Assembly: GCA_043804895.1 (NCBI GenBank)
Contig: JAZDIN010000025.1
Coordinates: 32,001 to 96,000, forward strand
Direction of reading: 5' to 3'
Length of the DNA stretch: 64,000 nucleotides
Source: Candidatus Altiarchaeota archaeon
Lineage (GTDB): Archaea; Altiarchaeota; Altiarchaeia; IMC4; SCGC-AAA252-I15
Below the pieces are notes generated by a model, which did no database searches, was not told where the DNA came from, and saw nothing but the letters and a program-made list of their open reading frames with translations. Within the stretch, counting starts at the first letter, position 1. The number at the start of each line of letters is the position of its first letter. This document shows positions 28,989 to 39,335 of this stretch, one piece after another. A program made the translations under genes and the position numbers.

Positions 28989-30209
28989 ATGAACCAAAAA
29001 CTTAACTCAAAAAAGGCTACAAGAGTGTACATGTGGCAGAATGGGCTTTGCATAACCTACTTGTTGATTTTCAGAAAGTTCCAGGAATTCCTTAAGGCGA
29101 ATGGCTGGGAAATAGTCAACAAACCCGCCGATGCCGAGTGGATAGTGACCGGGGCATGCGGCAGCTTCCTACCAGTGATAGACGACTACCTCAGGCACAT
29201 CGAGTCCTACCTCCGCGGAGGTAAGAAGGTCTTAGTATACGGCTGCCTGCCAAAAATTACTCCGGAAAGATACCATGAGTACGAAAAAAGGGCGAATCTT
29301 CTAATACCTCCGGAAAGGCCAGAGCTTATAGAGGAACTTATCCCAAATGCTAGGGTCAGATGGTCTGACATCCCAAACAATGGAGAGTTCAGGAGAGAAG
29401 ACTACCGGAACTACGACCCCACGAGGAAGTATGTCCTAATACAATACGGTTGTAGCATAGAGTGCACATACTGCCCTCACGTGAAGGGTATAGGCAAGAA
29501 CGTCAGCAGGTCTAAAAAGGAAGTGATAAATGAGGTCAATTCTATGCTAAACAACGGGGCCAAGACCATATTCCTTGAAGGCAGAGACATAGGGTCCTGG
29601 GGTATCGATCTCAAACAGCAAGACTCCTTCCCCAGCATTCTAGAGGAAATACTAACTCTGCCAGGCAACTTCGACGTCTACGTAAACCAATTTGGAGCTA
29701 ACTGGGCAGTACACTACGGGAAAAGGCTATTCGAACTTTTTGAGAACCCGAAGATAAGGGACGTGCACATACCCATTCAGACGACAAGTGAACGGCTGTT
29801 GACGCTCATGGGACGTAACCCAAATGTTAAAAAACTCAGCCCACTCCTTAAGTCTTTGAGGGTGAACAGACCCAACCTCATGCTCAGGACCGACCTGATA
29901 ATAGGTTTCCCGACCGAGACAGAGGAGGAACTCAATGACACCCTAGAGTTCGTAAAGGAACATTTTGATGAGGTCGCATGTCACGGTCTCGAGCTTCACC
30001 CTAACACCAAACTCATGGAGATGAAGCTGCCCTTCTTCGACCAATCCTTAATCGAAGAGCGCGTAGAACGCGCGAGAAAATACCTTGAGGAAAGCGGTGT
30101 GGTGGCCCACCGCGGAGGCCAGGTCTTCAAGACTATGGTCAAGCGTGAGAGGGTGATGAAAAAGAAGAGGGGGAGGACACATCTGTCAAGGGGTGGCATT
30201 AAGAAATGA
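28989..30209 (+). CDS. Methylthiotransferase-like radical SAM protein (MiaB/RimO-like, no TRAM)
   Basis: N-terminal Cys21/Cys57/Cys86 (GLC, GAC, YGC), core CSIECTYC, HIPIQT and TDLIIGFPTETEEE. Confidence 0.78.
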   Translation: MNQKLNSKKATRVYMWQNGLCITYLLIFRKFQEFLKANGWEIVNKPADAEWIVTGACGSFLPVIDDYLRHIESYLRGGKKVLVYGCLPKITPERYHEYEKRANLLIPPERPELIEELIPNARVRWSDIPNNGEFRREDYRNYDPTRKYVLIQYGCSIECTYCPHVKGIGKNVSRSKKEVINEVNSMLNNGAKTIFLEGRDIGSWGIDLKQQDSFPSILEEILTLPGNFDVYVNQFGANWAVHYGKRLFELFENPKIRDVHIPIQTTSERLLTLMGRNPNVKKLSPLLKSLRVNRPNLMLRTDLIIGFPTETEEELNDTLEFVKEHFDEVACHGLELHPNTKLMEMKLPFFDQSLIEERVERARKYLEESGVVAHRGGQVFKTMVKRERVMKKKRGRTHLSRGGIKK

Positions 30210-31120
30210 GGCCCACATTTGCCAACACTCTTTACGACCTAGCTAAACGAGACAAAGGGGTCTACCTACTCACATCGGACGTAGGCTACTCAGTCTTCGA
30301 GAGGTTCATCGACGACCTACCCAAACAATACGTCAACGTCGGCATAGCTGAAGCCAATATGATTGGCATTTCCGCGGGCCTCGCGTCTTCTGGAAAGAAG
30401 GTTTTCGCCTACTCAATGTCGCATTTCCTAACCCTCCGGTGTTACGAGCAGATAAAACTTGACCTATGTTACCCAAAGCTCAACGTCAAGTTAATAGGTT
30501 CAGGAGGCGGTTTGACTTACGGCTCGCAGGGGCCAACTCACCAGTCGAATGAAGACATCTCGATAATGCGTTCCCTACCCAACATGTGCGTCATTTGCCC
30601 AGGAGATCCTATTGAGACAGGGTATGCAGTGAGAGAGGCGTTGAAACGAGGCGGACCTGTCTACATAAGGCTCAGTAAAAAAGATCCGATTGTGCACGCA
30701 TCTGATGACATAGACTTCCGGATTGGTAAGGGCATCATCCTGAATAATGGTTCAGACCTTACACTCATATCTACTGGCAACATGCTAGCTACGGCAAAGG
30801 AAGTGTGCGAGAGGTTTCAAGCCGATGGAAAAAAGGTGTGTCTTGTGAGCATGCACACTATCAAACCTCTTGACATTAGGTTGGTCAAGGAACTTGCTGA
30901 GACAGGCAGACCGATGTTTTCGCTTGAAGAGCACAGCTTAGTGGGTGGATTGGGAGGTGCAATCTCAGAAGTTCTTGCGGAACTAGACTGCAAGGTCCCA
31001 TTCCGGCGGATAGCCCTACCAGATGGTTTCTGCAACGTTATCGGAAGCCAAACCCACCTGCGGAGGAGTTACGGGCTAGACCCGGATAGTGTTTACAGGA
31101 CTATCAGAGATATCCTATAA
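30206..31120 (+). CDS. Transketolase, C-terminal subunit
   Basis: NVGIAEANM, GPTHQ, GPVYIRL and EEHSLVGGLG. Confidence 0.93.
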   Translation: MRPTFANTLYDLAKRDKGVYLLTSDVGYSVFERFIDDLPKQYVNVGIAEANMIGISAGLASSGKKVFAYSMSHFLTLRCYEQIKLDLCYPKLNVKLIGSGGGLTYGSQGPTHQSNEDISIMRSLPNMCVICPGDPIETGYAVREALKRGGPVYIRLSKKDPIVHASDDIDFRIGKGIILNNGSDLTLISTGNMLATAKEVCERFQADGKKVCLVSMHTIKPLDIRLVKELAETGRPMFSLEEHSLVGGLGGAISEVLAELDCKVPFRRIALPDGFCNVIGSQTHLRRSYGLDPDSVYRTIRDIL

Positions 31121-31156
31121 TCAAAAGTTATTAAGGGGGGGCACAGAATCTATACC

Positions 31157-31879
31157 ATGCCAGAAAGTGGATTCAAAGGTCCGATATTCTCGATAATCAT
31201 CCCCTCATACAACGAAGAGGAAACATTGCCAATATCGATTCCCGATTTATTAAAGCATCTTGGAGAGGCGGAAATATCAGATTTTGAGCTCTTGATAGTA
31301 GATAATGGCTCCTTTGACAAAACAGGTGACGTAATACGCGAGCTAATGGGAAAAGACAGGAGGATAAGGTCCGTAAGGGTTCCTTTCAACCAGGGGTGGG
31401 GGTTAGGCGTGATGTCAGGGTGCTCTCAGGCGTTGGGCAGGTACGTCGTGTATATGTGCGCGGACCTGCAGGTGCCTCACAAAGCCCTGGTTGAGGTGTG
31501 CGAGAGGATTGCCAGGGAAGACTCTGACAAAGTTATCGTCAAGGTGAATAGGGTTGTTAGGGATGACGGGGTAGCCAGGGGGATATCATCCAACCTCTAC
31601 AACCTTTTTATTAACCTCATGTTCCTTGGGGTTTCACCAGACGTTAACGGCACACCCAAGGCACTTTCCCTGAAGTTGTGGAGGCAGCTTGACGTGAGGA
31701 ACAGGGGTTCGTTTACTGACACTGAGGTCTTGATTAAGGCTAAGAGGGCTAATGCGAGGATTATCGAGATAGAAACAGTTTCAGTTAAGAGGATATGTGG
31801 TTCGTCCACTGTTAGGATATCCCAACTTCCTTTTGAGATGTTTTTTGACGCCATCAAATTCAGGCTAAACATTACCTAG
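31157..31879 (+). CDS. Glycosyltransferase family 2 (DPM1-like)
   Basis: SIIIPSYNEE, VDNGSFDKT and ADLQ. Confidence 0.88.
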   Translation: MPESGFKGPIFSIIIPSYNEEETLPISIPDLLKHLGEAEISDFELLIVDNGSFDKTGDVIRELMGKDRRIRSVRVPFNQGWGLGVMSGCSQALGRYVVYMCADLQVPHKALVEVCERIAREDSDKVIVKVNRVVRDDGVARGISSNLYNLFINLMFLGVSPDVNGTPKALSLKLWRQLDVRNRGSFTDTEVLIKAKRANARIIEIETVSVKRICGSSTVRISQLPFEMFFDAIKFRLNIT

Positions 31880-31926
31880 ATGTCATAGACTGACTTGATG
31901 TCAATGTGATTGGTGTGGGCGTTAAT

Positions 31927-33765
31927 ATGGTAAGGAAAATCAATGTAACGGATCATTGGCTTGTACTGGTAGTATTCCTTTTGTCTATAGTCTACATTAC
32001 GGGATACGATTTCTCACTCAACTCAAATGACCCGAATGAGCAATTACCCCTTATCAAGAGGGTATTGGATAAGGAGTATCTCACCAATGACTGGTATGTA
32101 AACAGCTCTCAGGCATTTTCTATACGGTCCTACTACACATACGTGGTCGCTTTTTTCCCCGAATTCATCGGGCTGGCTAATGTGTACTTCATACTCTACT
32201 TACTGTCCTATTCACTCACAATCTATGCTTCCTATCGCATATCCAAAATGATGCTAAAGGACAACCTTGCAACACTCCTAGTCATGTTCATGGTAATCTT
32301 CGGACCAAATGCTTCCCTTGGCAGCTTCAGACTAGTGGAATGGGAGTTCATACCAAGGTCGCTAGCTAACCCCCTGATACTCTTAGGGATATATTTCATC
32401 CTCAATGGTAGTTTGCCCGTTTCCGGATTCCTATTCGGCCTTGCAAGCATATTCCACCCGTCTATGGGCATACTAATGGGTGTGGTGTTCTTGACATACC
32501 TACTCTTTAATGCGCGAAGTATCGGGCTTCGTGAAGTCCTAAAATCATCGGCATGTTTTATAGTGGTCAGCCTCTTCGTCATAATCCCAACAATACTCCT
32601 GGGCTCATCGGTTTCAGACCCGGAGGCCATTGCCATATTTACTAAGGTGGTTAGTCCTCACATCTTCTTCCCCACATACTTCGGGTTAAATCAGTACCTA
32701 ACGTTCATGTCACTTGCAGCTTTGGTCGCACTCGCAATAAAATATGGATCTAAGCTTGATAATACTAAGGCCGCATTTTCTTTGATTGCACTTATTTTAA
32801 TGCTTGCATTAACTGGCGCATTTTTCACGGAAATCGTTCCATTGCCTTGGATTTACATATTCAACCTCTTCAGGCCAATGCAGTTCGCCTACCTATTTGG
32901 ATTCATATTTGTCTCTGGTTTTCTGGCGCATGAAATTAATCGCTCGACAAGTCCGGTCAATCGGATAATCCCCCTCGCCGTTGCATCTTCATTTGCAGCA
33001 TCTTATGTGATGTCTGCCACCACGATACTCTACCTTGTGTATGTTAAGTACCTCAGGAACAGGATAGAATCATTAGCCCCGAAAAAAGCATTGGTTGGAA
33101 TAGTAGCTGTGTTAGTTCTAGCTACTGCATCCATTACCATATACCTGTTCCATCTAGAAGGGTCGTCCTTATATTTAAATTTGTCAAAGACATTGCGTCT
33201 TTTGGGCATATTTGTCTTTTTAGCATCTGCCTCTTCAAAGGTTATCGTATCGTACTCTAAACGTGTAATGGATGGGTACATAGAACATTTAATATCGATA
33301 TTCATCGCCATGTTAGTACTATTCTCCGTATACCAGTCTGGTGGTCTAAGTACTGAAAGAATGCCGCGCGATCCAATGACAGCCAACCTTTATCAATGGG
33401 TAAAGGTCAATACACCCAAGGATGCGGTTTTTATAATACCCCCACACCTATATACATTCCGCATTGGAGCTTCTAGAGCGGTTTTCGCCGATTCATTTTC
33501 AAGGCCTTTCACTGATGAAGGTATTATCGACTGGAGCAGCAGAATGAAGCAGTTTGCAAAAAACTTCGACACGAGGTTAGGCTATGACCTCTCCAATGAC
33601 TTGAAAGCTGGTTACAACTCAACAAACACCTTAGAATTTGAGCGTATTGGAAAAACGTACGGTGCGTCCTACGTACTTACTGAAAAACCGAAAGTGCTCG
33701 AAATTGATCCGGTATTTGAGAATGAAAAATACGTACTCTACAATCTAAGCCAATATTCAAACTAA
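31927..33765 (+). CDS. Polytopic membrane protein, probable GT-C-fold glycan transferase
   Basis: More than 12 TMs, early loop with NDWY, C-terminal soluble WVKVNTPKDAVFIIPP...FR...RA domain. AT-rich. Confidence 0.55.
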   Translation: MVRKINVTDHWLVLVVFLLSIVYITGYDFSLNSNDPNEQLPLIKRVLDKEYLTNDWYVNSSQAFSIRSYYTYVVAFFPEFIGLANVYFILYLLSYSLTIYASYRISKMMLKDNLATLLVMFMVIFGPNASLGSFRLVEWEFIPRSLANPLILLGIYFILNGSLPVSGFLFGLASIFHPSMGILMGVVFLTYLLFNARSIGLREVLKSSACFIVVSLFVIIPTILLGSSVSDPEAIAIFTKVVSPHIFFPTYFGLNQYLTFMSLAALVALAIKYGSKLDNTKAAFSLIALILMLALTGAFFTEIVPLPWIYIFNLFRPMQFAYLFGFIFVSGFLAHEINRSTSPVNRIIPLAVASSFAASYVMSATTILYLVYVKYLRNRIESLAPKKALVGIVAVLVLATASITIYLFHLEGSSLYLNLSKTLRLLGIFVFLASASSKVIVSYSKRVMDGYIEHLISIFIAMLVLFSVYQSGGLSTERMPRDPMTANLYQWVKVNTPKDAVFIIPPHLYTFRIGASRAVFADSFSRPFTDEGIIDWSSRMKQFAKNFDTRLGYDLSNDLKAGYNSTNTLEFERIGKTYGASYVLTEKPKVLEIDPVFENEKYVLYNLSQYSN

Positions 33766-35538
33766 TCTGTAGACGCTGAATCTCTCGTTCTCCCAGACGA
33801 GTTCACCAACTCCTCCCAATTTTTCCTTGTCGACATCCCTCAGACTACCATCCGACTGGGTGAAAATATAATAACTGACGTTCTGTGCCCTGGCAGTCTC
33901 AACTATCCTGTCCCACCCCTCATACGGCGGTATAACCGCCAGTAGTCCTGTGTAGAAGTTGACGCGTTGACCGTCCTCTGACATTATGATACTCCCTTCA
34001 GGCACTGTCTCTCCAATCATATTCATCGCCTTAAGGTCAGGCCTTTCAGATATTCTTACGCCTGAGAGTAATGCAGTCTGAGCGACCATAGAAAGTACAA
34101 TAACCGTTAAGAGTACACCCCTCCTCCCCACAATATATGCTGCTGCATATGCTAAAAATATTGGGGTTAAGGGGCTTAGGAAGTCCACGCTAACTCCGTC
34201 CGACTTCGGGTAGCCAGTCCACAATGGGCCCACAAAGCTGGAGAATGCTAGAACAAAAAACAGTAATGTGCCACTCACATGCCTTAGGTTGGATAGTATG
34301 TAAAGGATGGCGGCCGTGAAGGCCAATAAGCTAACTAGGTTCATAACAGAATTGCTCATAGTCCAAATAAACCCATACTCCTGCATCTTGTTCGGTGGCG
34401 GGACGTACGTTGTCACCATATTTATCAGCCGATACATCACGGCCTTCAATACCCCGAGAACACCGCCCCCCAACCTTTCAAGATAGGATGTTGGTGTTGG
34501 GGGGGTTAGTGACTGGTATTCATCCCACTTCGTCATGAACGGCACATACCTTGCCGTCGTATACAACGGATTGCCAAACAGGGTATAGTTTCTGACAAAC
34601 CACGGTGTCAACACAACAATGAAAATCAAAGCAGCCATAATATTCTCCCTCGCGAATATCTGATACTTATTCCTTATGGCCTGATAAACGACCACTGCAA
34701 TTATAAACCATACTGCCGTATAGTGCGTCAGATAAGCGAATGCGGCAGATAGTGCCGCATACGCACTGAAACCCCTACCCCTCACTGTGAAATAAACCAT
34801 CATCGTTACGAAAAAAGAAACCATTACTCTCGGTTCAAGCTCTATAGAACGCGAGATAAGGAAAAAATTCACAGAAACCAGCAATCCACTTATCCACCCT
34901 ACCTCATGATTGAACAGCCTAGTTGCCAGAAGATAAATACCTAATACCAGGAAAACCCCGAAGAATACATTAATTGAGACTGCTGAGGCGTAGTCTACTC
35001 CATTAAACACCATGCCAAGAGCGTGCAGAAAATCCTGAAGTGGTGGCCTATAATTGCCAGGAAACGGGAATCTAGTGTATGGTGTCCAGTAATTGTCTAT
35101 AACATCAGTTGTGAACCATTCAGCGGTGAGGAAGCTTCTAGCATAAGAATAGTGGGCGTATGAGTCGCCGACAACGGGATTGGGGTTTAGTTCAAACAAA
35201 GCTACTCTCAAGGCCAATGCCAATACCAGTACCACAATAAACTTATCTAATCCACTGCTAACTCCTGCCGCCTCCCGACGTTTGAGCCCCTCTGGCCTCC
35301 ACTTTCTTGCGGACAGATACACTACTACTGTGGCAAATGTAACCGCTCCCAACAGTGCATCGAACCCAAGCTGGACCCCAATGGCGTGAAGTACAAGGGC
35401 GCATGAACCGTACAAGAGGGTCGAAGCCAAGACTGCAGCACAGAACCGTTCGACAGCGTCAAGCCTCCTGTCAAGGCCAGACAGAACGTAACCGGGGGCA
35501 TAAAAGAACACCACTGTCCTTAGAAATTCTATTATCAT
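33757..35538 (-). CDS. GT-C glycosyltransferase (ArnT/PMT-like)
   Basis: GDSYAH..YARS, YRPPL, AYLTHY and PWFVRNYTLFGNP; many TMs. Confidence 0.75.
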   Translation of the reverse strand: MIIEFLRTVVFFYAPGYVLSGLDRRLDAVERFCAAVLASTLLYGSCALVLHAIGVQLGFDALLGAVTFATVVVYLSARKWRPEGLKRREAAGVSSGLDKFIVVLVLALALRVALFELNPNPVVGDSYAHYSYARSFLTAEWFTTDVIDNYWTPYTRFPFPGNYRPPLQDFLHALGMVFNGVDYASAVSINVFFGVFLVLGIYLLATRLFNHEVGWISGLLVSVNFFLISRSIELEPRVMVSFFVTMMVYFTVRGRGFSAYAALSAAFAYLTHYTAVWFIIAVVVYQAIRNKYQIFARENIMAALIFIVVLTPWFVRNYTLFGNPLYTTARYVPFMTKWDEYQSLTPPTPTSYLERLGGGVLGVLKAVMYRLINMVTTYVPPPNKMQEYGFIWTMSNSVMNLVSLLAFTAAILYILSNLRHVSGTLLFFVLAFSSFVGPLWTGYPKSDGVSVDFLSPLTPIFLAYAAAYIVGRRGVLLTVIVLSMVAQTALLSGVRISERPDLKAMNMIGETVPEGSIIMSEDGQRVNFYTGLLAVIPPYEGWDRIVETARAQNVSYYIFTQSDGSLRDVDKEKLGGVGELVWENERFSVYRLV

Positions 35539-35618
35539 TGGTCTGCTAAGACTATTGTTAAGTAATATATTTATCCTCAATCCAACGGTTTTTAGCATAC
35601 ACTGACATAGCATAAACC

Positions 35619-36398
35619 ATGGGTTCACCCGCAGGTAACGGCTGCCTAGTTGACCGAATCTTGAAGAAATGCGGGGCATTGGGCATTGTGGACTTGTGGG
35701 CTTCCACAGACAAGAAGTACATAGACCATCACGAGAATTTCCTGAACCTCACAGAGGAGGGGTACTCCGATGACCTCATAAAACATATGCGTGATGTCAG
35801 CGGACTTATTGGTGTGGACATAGGCTCCGGTGGCGGCGTGGTTGCAAATAGGCTGGCATCTTTGGGCGCGTCAGTCAATGTGATGGACATATCATTAAAC
35901 GCTGTGAGGCATGCTACGTCATCTGGTCGCGTTCTTGGGGTTCAGGCTAATGTAGAGCATATGCCCTACAAGGATGATGCGTTCGATTTCTGTGTCTGCA
36001 CGGATGTTGTGGAGCATGTGGTTGAATATCATCAGCTAGTTAGTGAGATACAAAGGGTATTAAAACGAAGTGGTGTGGCTTATCTAACAGTACCAAACGC
36101 GTACAGTTGCAAGAACTTACTTCTTGATCTCATATTTCCTATCCTCACAGGAGTATCTCGAAAGGTCACTGGCCACAAGCCTCAACTACCCTCCCGGGGC
36201 CATATAAACCTCTTCAGCAGGAAGAGCTTTGCAACCTTTTTGTCCGAGAGTGGTTTCATCATAGAGGCTGTTGAGGGCAGTAAGGTCAAGGATATCTCCA
36301 GGTACCGTCTTGTGGTGAATCCTCTATCAACTCTAGCTGGCTTTATCATACCCTCGATGGTGGTTGATGAGCTCATGTTCATGGTAACACCCGAATGA
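35619..36398 (+). CDS. Class I SAM-dependent methyltransferase
   Basis: DIGSGGG, DVVEHV, LTVPN and GHINLF. Start position uncertain. Confidence 0.85.
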   Translation: MGSPAGNGCLVDRILKKCGALGIVDLWASTDKKYIDHHENFLNLTEEGYSDDLIKHMRDVSGLIGVDIGSGGGVVANRLASLGASVNVMDISLNAVRHATSSGRVLGVQANVEHMPYKDDAFDFCVCTDVVEHVVEYHQLVSEIQRVLKRSGVAYLTVPNAYSCKNLLLDLIFPILTGVSRKVTGHKPQLPSRGHINLFSRKSFATFLSESGFIIEAVEGSKVKDISRYRLVVNPLSTLAGFIIPSMVVDELMFMVTPE

Positions 36399-36448
36399 TG
36401 CACCATGCTATCTCAGAGGTGTTACTCACAGGGCGCAGAAAAAAGGTT

Positions 36449-37159
36449 TTACCTTCGCCTACTCTTGTATGTCAACCTCAGCGCAAAAAGGCTCACATAT
36501 CGTATTCCCATCCGGATTAAGTTGAACTTTGTCTTTCCGAATCGCCTGTTGAAATAGGTCGTTGGTATCTCGCCGAGTTTGTAACCGTTCATATGGGCTT
36601 TTATCGCAAACTCTGGGCTGATGGAAAAGTCGCCTGCCTCAGGCATGGCGTGGTCGAAGACCTCCCTTTGAAATCCCCTATAGGCATTTGTTATGTCATG
36701 TATAGGTATCCTAAAAATCAACCTAGCAAGCCTTGTGTAAGTGGAGCCGTAAATCGCCTTATCAGTTCCGAGTTCCCCCCTTGAGCCGCCCCTCATGTAA
36801 CGGGAGGCCATCACCATGTCGTAGCCTCTGTCGAGTTTGCCGACCATCTCCCCTATTATGTCTAGTTTGTCTGACCTGTCTGCCATAACCCAGATTACGT
36901 ACTCTCCTCTTGAGCTTCTTGTGCCTTCAATCAGGGCGTATCCCATGCCATTATCTCCCCTCCTCCTGTGGATACACCTTATCCTGGGATTACTCTTAAC
37001 TAGTTTGTCGCATATTTCCGGTGTCTTGTCGCTGCTGTTGTCATCAACGATTACAATCTCCCAGTCATCATCTGAAATGACTCCCAATAAATTTTCAACA
37101 AGGGGTGTGAGGTTGTCATCCTCGTTGTAGGCTGGAATTATGACAGAATACTTCACCAT
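36449..37159 (-). CDS. Glycosyltransferase family 2 (DPM1-like)
   Basis: SVIIPAYNE, VDDNSSDKT and ASRYMRGG. Confidence 0.88.
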   Translation of the reverse strand: MVKYSVIIPAYNEDDNLTPLVENLLGVISDDDWEIVIVDDNSSDKTPEICDKLVKSNPRIRCIHRRRGDNGMGYALIEGTRSSRGEYVIWVMADRSDKLDIIGEMVGKLDRGYDMVMASRYMRGGSRGELGTDKAIYGSTYTRLARLIFRIPIHDITNAYRGFQREVFDHAMPEAGDFSISPEFAIKAHMNGYKLGEIPTTYFNRRFGKTKFNLIRMGIRYVSLFALRLTYKSRRR

Positions 37160-37164
37160 TCTAC

Positions 37165-38289
37165 TCACTTCTCGACGAGGTTCCTGTCCTCAAGCTCCTT
37201 CAGGGCATCTTGGCTTCTGTCTTCTGCCTCCTGTTTTGCGCCCCATTTCACCAGGTCTCTCATCCCGTCCTCGAACTTCACGTTCGGTTTGAAGCCTATC
37301 TTCCTTATCTTAGTGATGTCAGCGTAGCAGTGCCTTATGTCGCCTGCCCGGTATTTGTTCTTGATTTCAGGCTTGATTCTTTTGCCGTATAGCTTGGCAA
37401 ATGTTTCGGCTATGTGCAACACAGTGACTGGTTTGCCTGTGCCGACGTTGAACATCTCATAATCTGCCTTCCTGCTATCCAACACCAGCATGTTGGCTGC
37501 GACGATGTCCCTAACATCTATAAAGTCCCGGCTCTGCAGCCCGTCCTCATAGATGACTGGGGGGTTGTCGTTTTTTATATTGGATTGGAATATCGCGCAC
37601 ACTCCAGTGTATGGATTGGAAAGTGACTGCCTTGGGCCATATACGTTGAAATACCTCAAGGCAACGGATGGTATGCCATATGCTTTCCCAACGGACAGGA
37701 CCATCTCCTCCTGGTCGCGCTTGCTGACGGCGTAAACTGAAGTTGGCCTAAGCGGTTTATCCTCCGGTGTCGGGGTAGATATTGCCTCACAACCACAGCA
37801 TGGGCATCTCATCTCCCACTCATGCGATTCAAGCTGCTTCTGCTGCCGGTAGTCTGGTATTATCCTTCCACATTTGCTGCACTCGTACACGCCTTCACCG
37901 TATATGCTCATGGAACTTGCCACAACAATCTTTTTTATGTCGTATTCTCCATTCACTATCTCGTCGAGGAGAAGTCCAGTGCCCCTGCAATTGACGTCAA
38001 CATAATAGTCTATGAGGTACATGGACTGGCCTACCCCGACAGCCGATGCTTCGTGGAAGACGACATCAACATCTGATAAGGCGCGTTTTAGGTCGTCTCG
38101 GTTTCTAACGTCCCCCCCGATGAACTTGGCCTTCTGGTTCAAGTAATCTGGATTCTTCCGGTCTTTGCCATGGACTTGCGGGTCAAGGTTATCGAGTATC
38201 CTCACATCGTTTCCGCGTTTTATAAGTTCGTCGACTATGTGGCTTCCTATGAAGCCAGCGCCGCCAGTGACAAGAACAGAATGTTTCAT
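37165..38289 (-). CDS. NAD-dependent epimerase/dehydratase with Cys-rich insertion
   Basis: GGAGFIG, YAVSK, LRYFNVYG; insertion containing CSKC...CPCC. Confidence 0.88.
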   Translation of the reverse strand: MKHSVLVTGGAGFIGSHIVDELIKRGNDVRILDNLDPQVHGKDRKNPDYLNQKAKFIGGDVRNRDDLKRALSDVDVVFHEASAVGVGQSMYLIDYYVDVNCRGTGLLLDEIVNGEYDIKKIVVASSMSIYGEGVYECSKCGRIIPDYRQQKQLESHEWEMRCPCCGCEAISTPTPEDKPLRPTSVYAVSKRDQEEMVLSVGKAYGIPSVALRYFNVYGPRQSLSNPYTGVCAIFQSNIKNDNPPVIYEDGLQSRDFIDVRDIVAANMLVLDSRKADYEMFNVGTGKPVTVLHIAETFAKLYGKRIKPEIKNKYRAGDIRHCYADITKIRKIGFKPNVKFEDGMRDLVKWGAKQEAEDRSQDALKELEDRNLVEK

Positions 38290-38306
38290 ATTAGGGCTAA
38301 TATTAT

Positions 38307-39248
38307 TTACTGGTTTTTATAAATGCCTTCCACCCACTCCACTGTCCCTTTGAGGCCGTCGTCGAACTTGACCTTAGGGGTCCAGTCCAACTCCCCCCTA
38401 GCCTTCGTAGTGTCCGAGGATGTGTGCTCTACGTCGCCTTTCTGGTCCTCTACGTACTTTATCCTCCCCTTACCCGTTAGTTCGATTATCCTCTCAGCCA
38501 ACTCTTTCACTGTTATTGTCGTGCCTCCGCCTATGTTGTATGCGCCGCTACCCCTCGTCAAGGCAAGTGTCGTGGCCTCCACAGCGTCCGAGACATGGGT
38601 GAAGTCGCGGCTTTTGCTACCGTTCCCATAGACCTCCAATTCTCCGCCTGCAAGAGCCAACCTCGTGAACTTTGAAATCGCAAGGTCAGGCCTAATCCTC
38701 GGTCCGTACACGGTGAAATACCTCAGCGCAACATACTTCATACCATAAAGCTCCTCATAGACTCTGAAATAGTTTTCACATGCCAGTTTGCTGACACCAT
38801 ACGGTGATATTGGGGTTTTCGGGTGTTCCTCGTCGAAGGGCAGGTACTCGACCCTGCCGTATACTGATGAAGAAGAAGCGAAGACAGTCTTTTTCACATC
38901 CGAATCCCGCGTTGCCTCAAGCAGGTTCAGCGTTCCCGTGACATTGACTTCGTTGGTTTTCACAGGGTTGTCGACTGATGCCCTCACACCCGCTTGCGCA
39001 GCCTCATGAACCACGTAATCTGGTTCCTCCTGCGATACTACCCTCTTGAGCCTCTCCAAATCCCTTATATCTGCCTTAATCAGCTTGAACTCCCCAACTA
39101 TAGGCCTGATGTTGTCTCTTTTTATTTTTTTGCTGTAGTAGTCGTCAAAGTTGTCAATGCAGGTCACATCATGCCCGTCTTTAACCAACCTCTCGCACAA
39201 GTGTGAACCTATGAAACCCGCCCCTCCAGTAACAAGAACCCTACTCAT
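38307..39248 (-). CDS. NAD-dependent epimerase (UDP-glucose/glucuronate 4-epimerase-like)
   Basis: GGAGFIG, AAQAGVRAS, SPYGVSK and RYFTVYGPR. Confidence 0.9.
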   Translation of the reverse strand: MSRVLVTGGAGFIGSHLCERLVKDGHDVTCIDNFDDYYSKKIKRDNIRPIVGEFKLIKADIRDLERLKRVVSQEEPDYVVHEAAQAGVRASVDNPVKTNEVNVTGTLNLLEATRDSDVKKTVFASSSSVYGRVEYLPFDEEHPKTPISPYGVSKLACENYFRVYEELYGMKYVALRYFTVYGPRIRPDLAISKFTRLALAGGELEVYGNGSKSRDFTHVSDAVEATTLALTRGSGAYNIGGGTTITVKELAERIIELTGKGRIKYVEDQKGDVEHTSSDTTKARGELDWTPKVKFDDGLKGTVEWVEGIYKNQ

Positions 39249-39335
39249 ACTACGTACTTATCTAATGCGAGCCTTTATAAGACCGCTTTATCCACATCCT
39301 AATTAACACGCCCTCAAATAACTACCTGAAGTTAG

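Noticed and set aside
28125-31120. Transketolase pseudogene disrupted by an insertion
   Set aside because: Both halves are intact ORFs with their own starts and stops, two-subunit transketolases are common, and the inserted gene is coupled to TK-C by an ATGA overlap.
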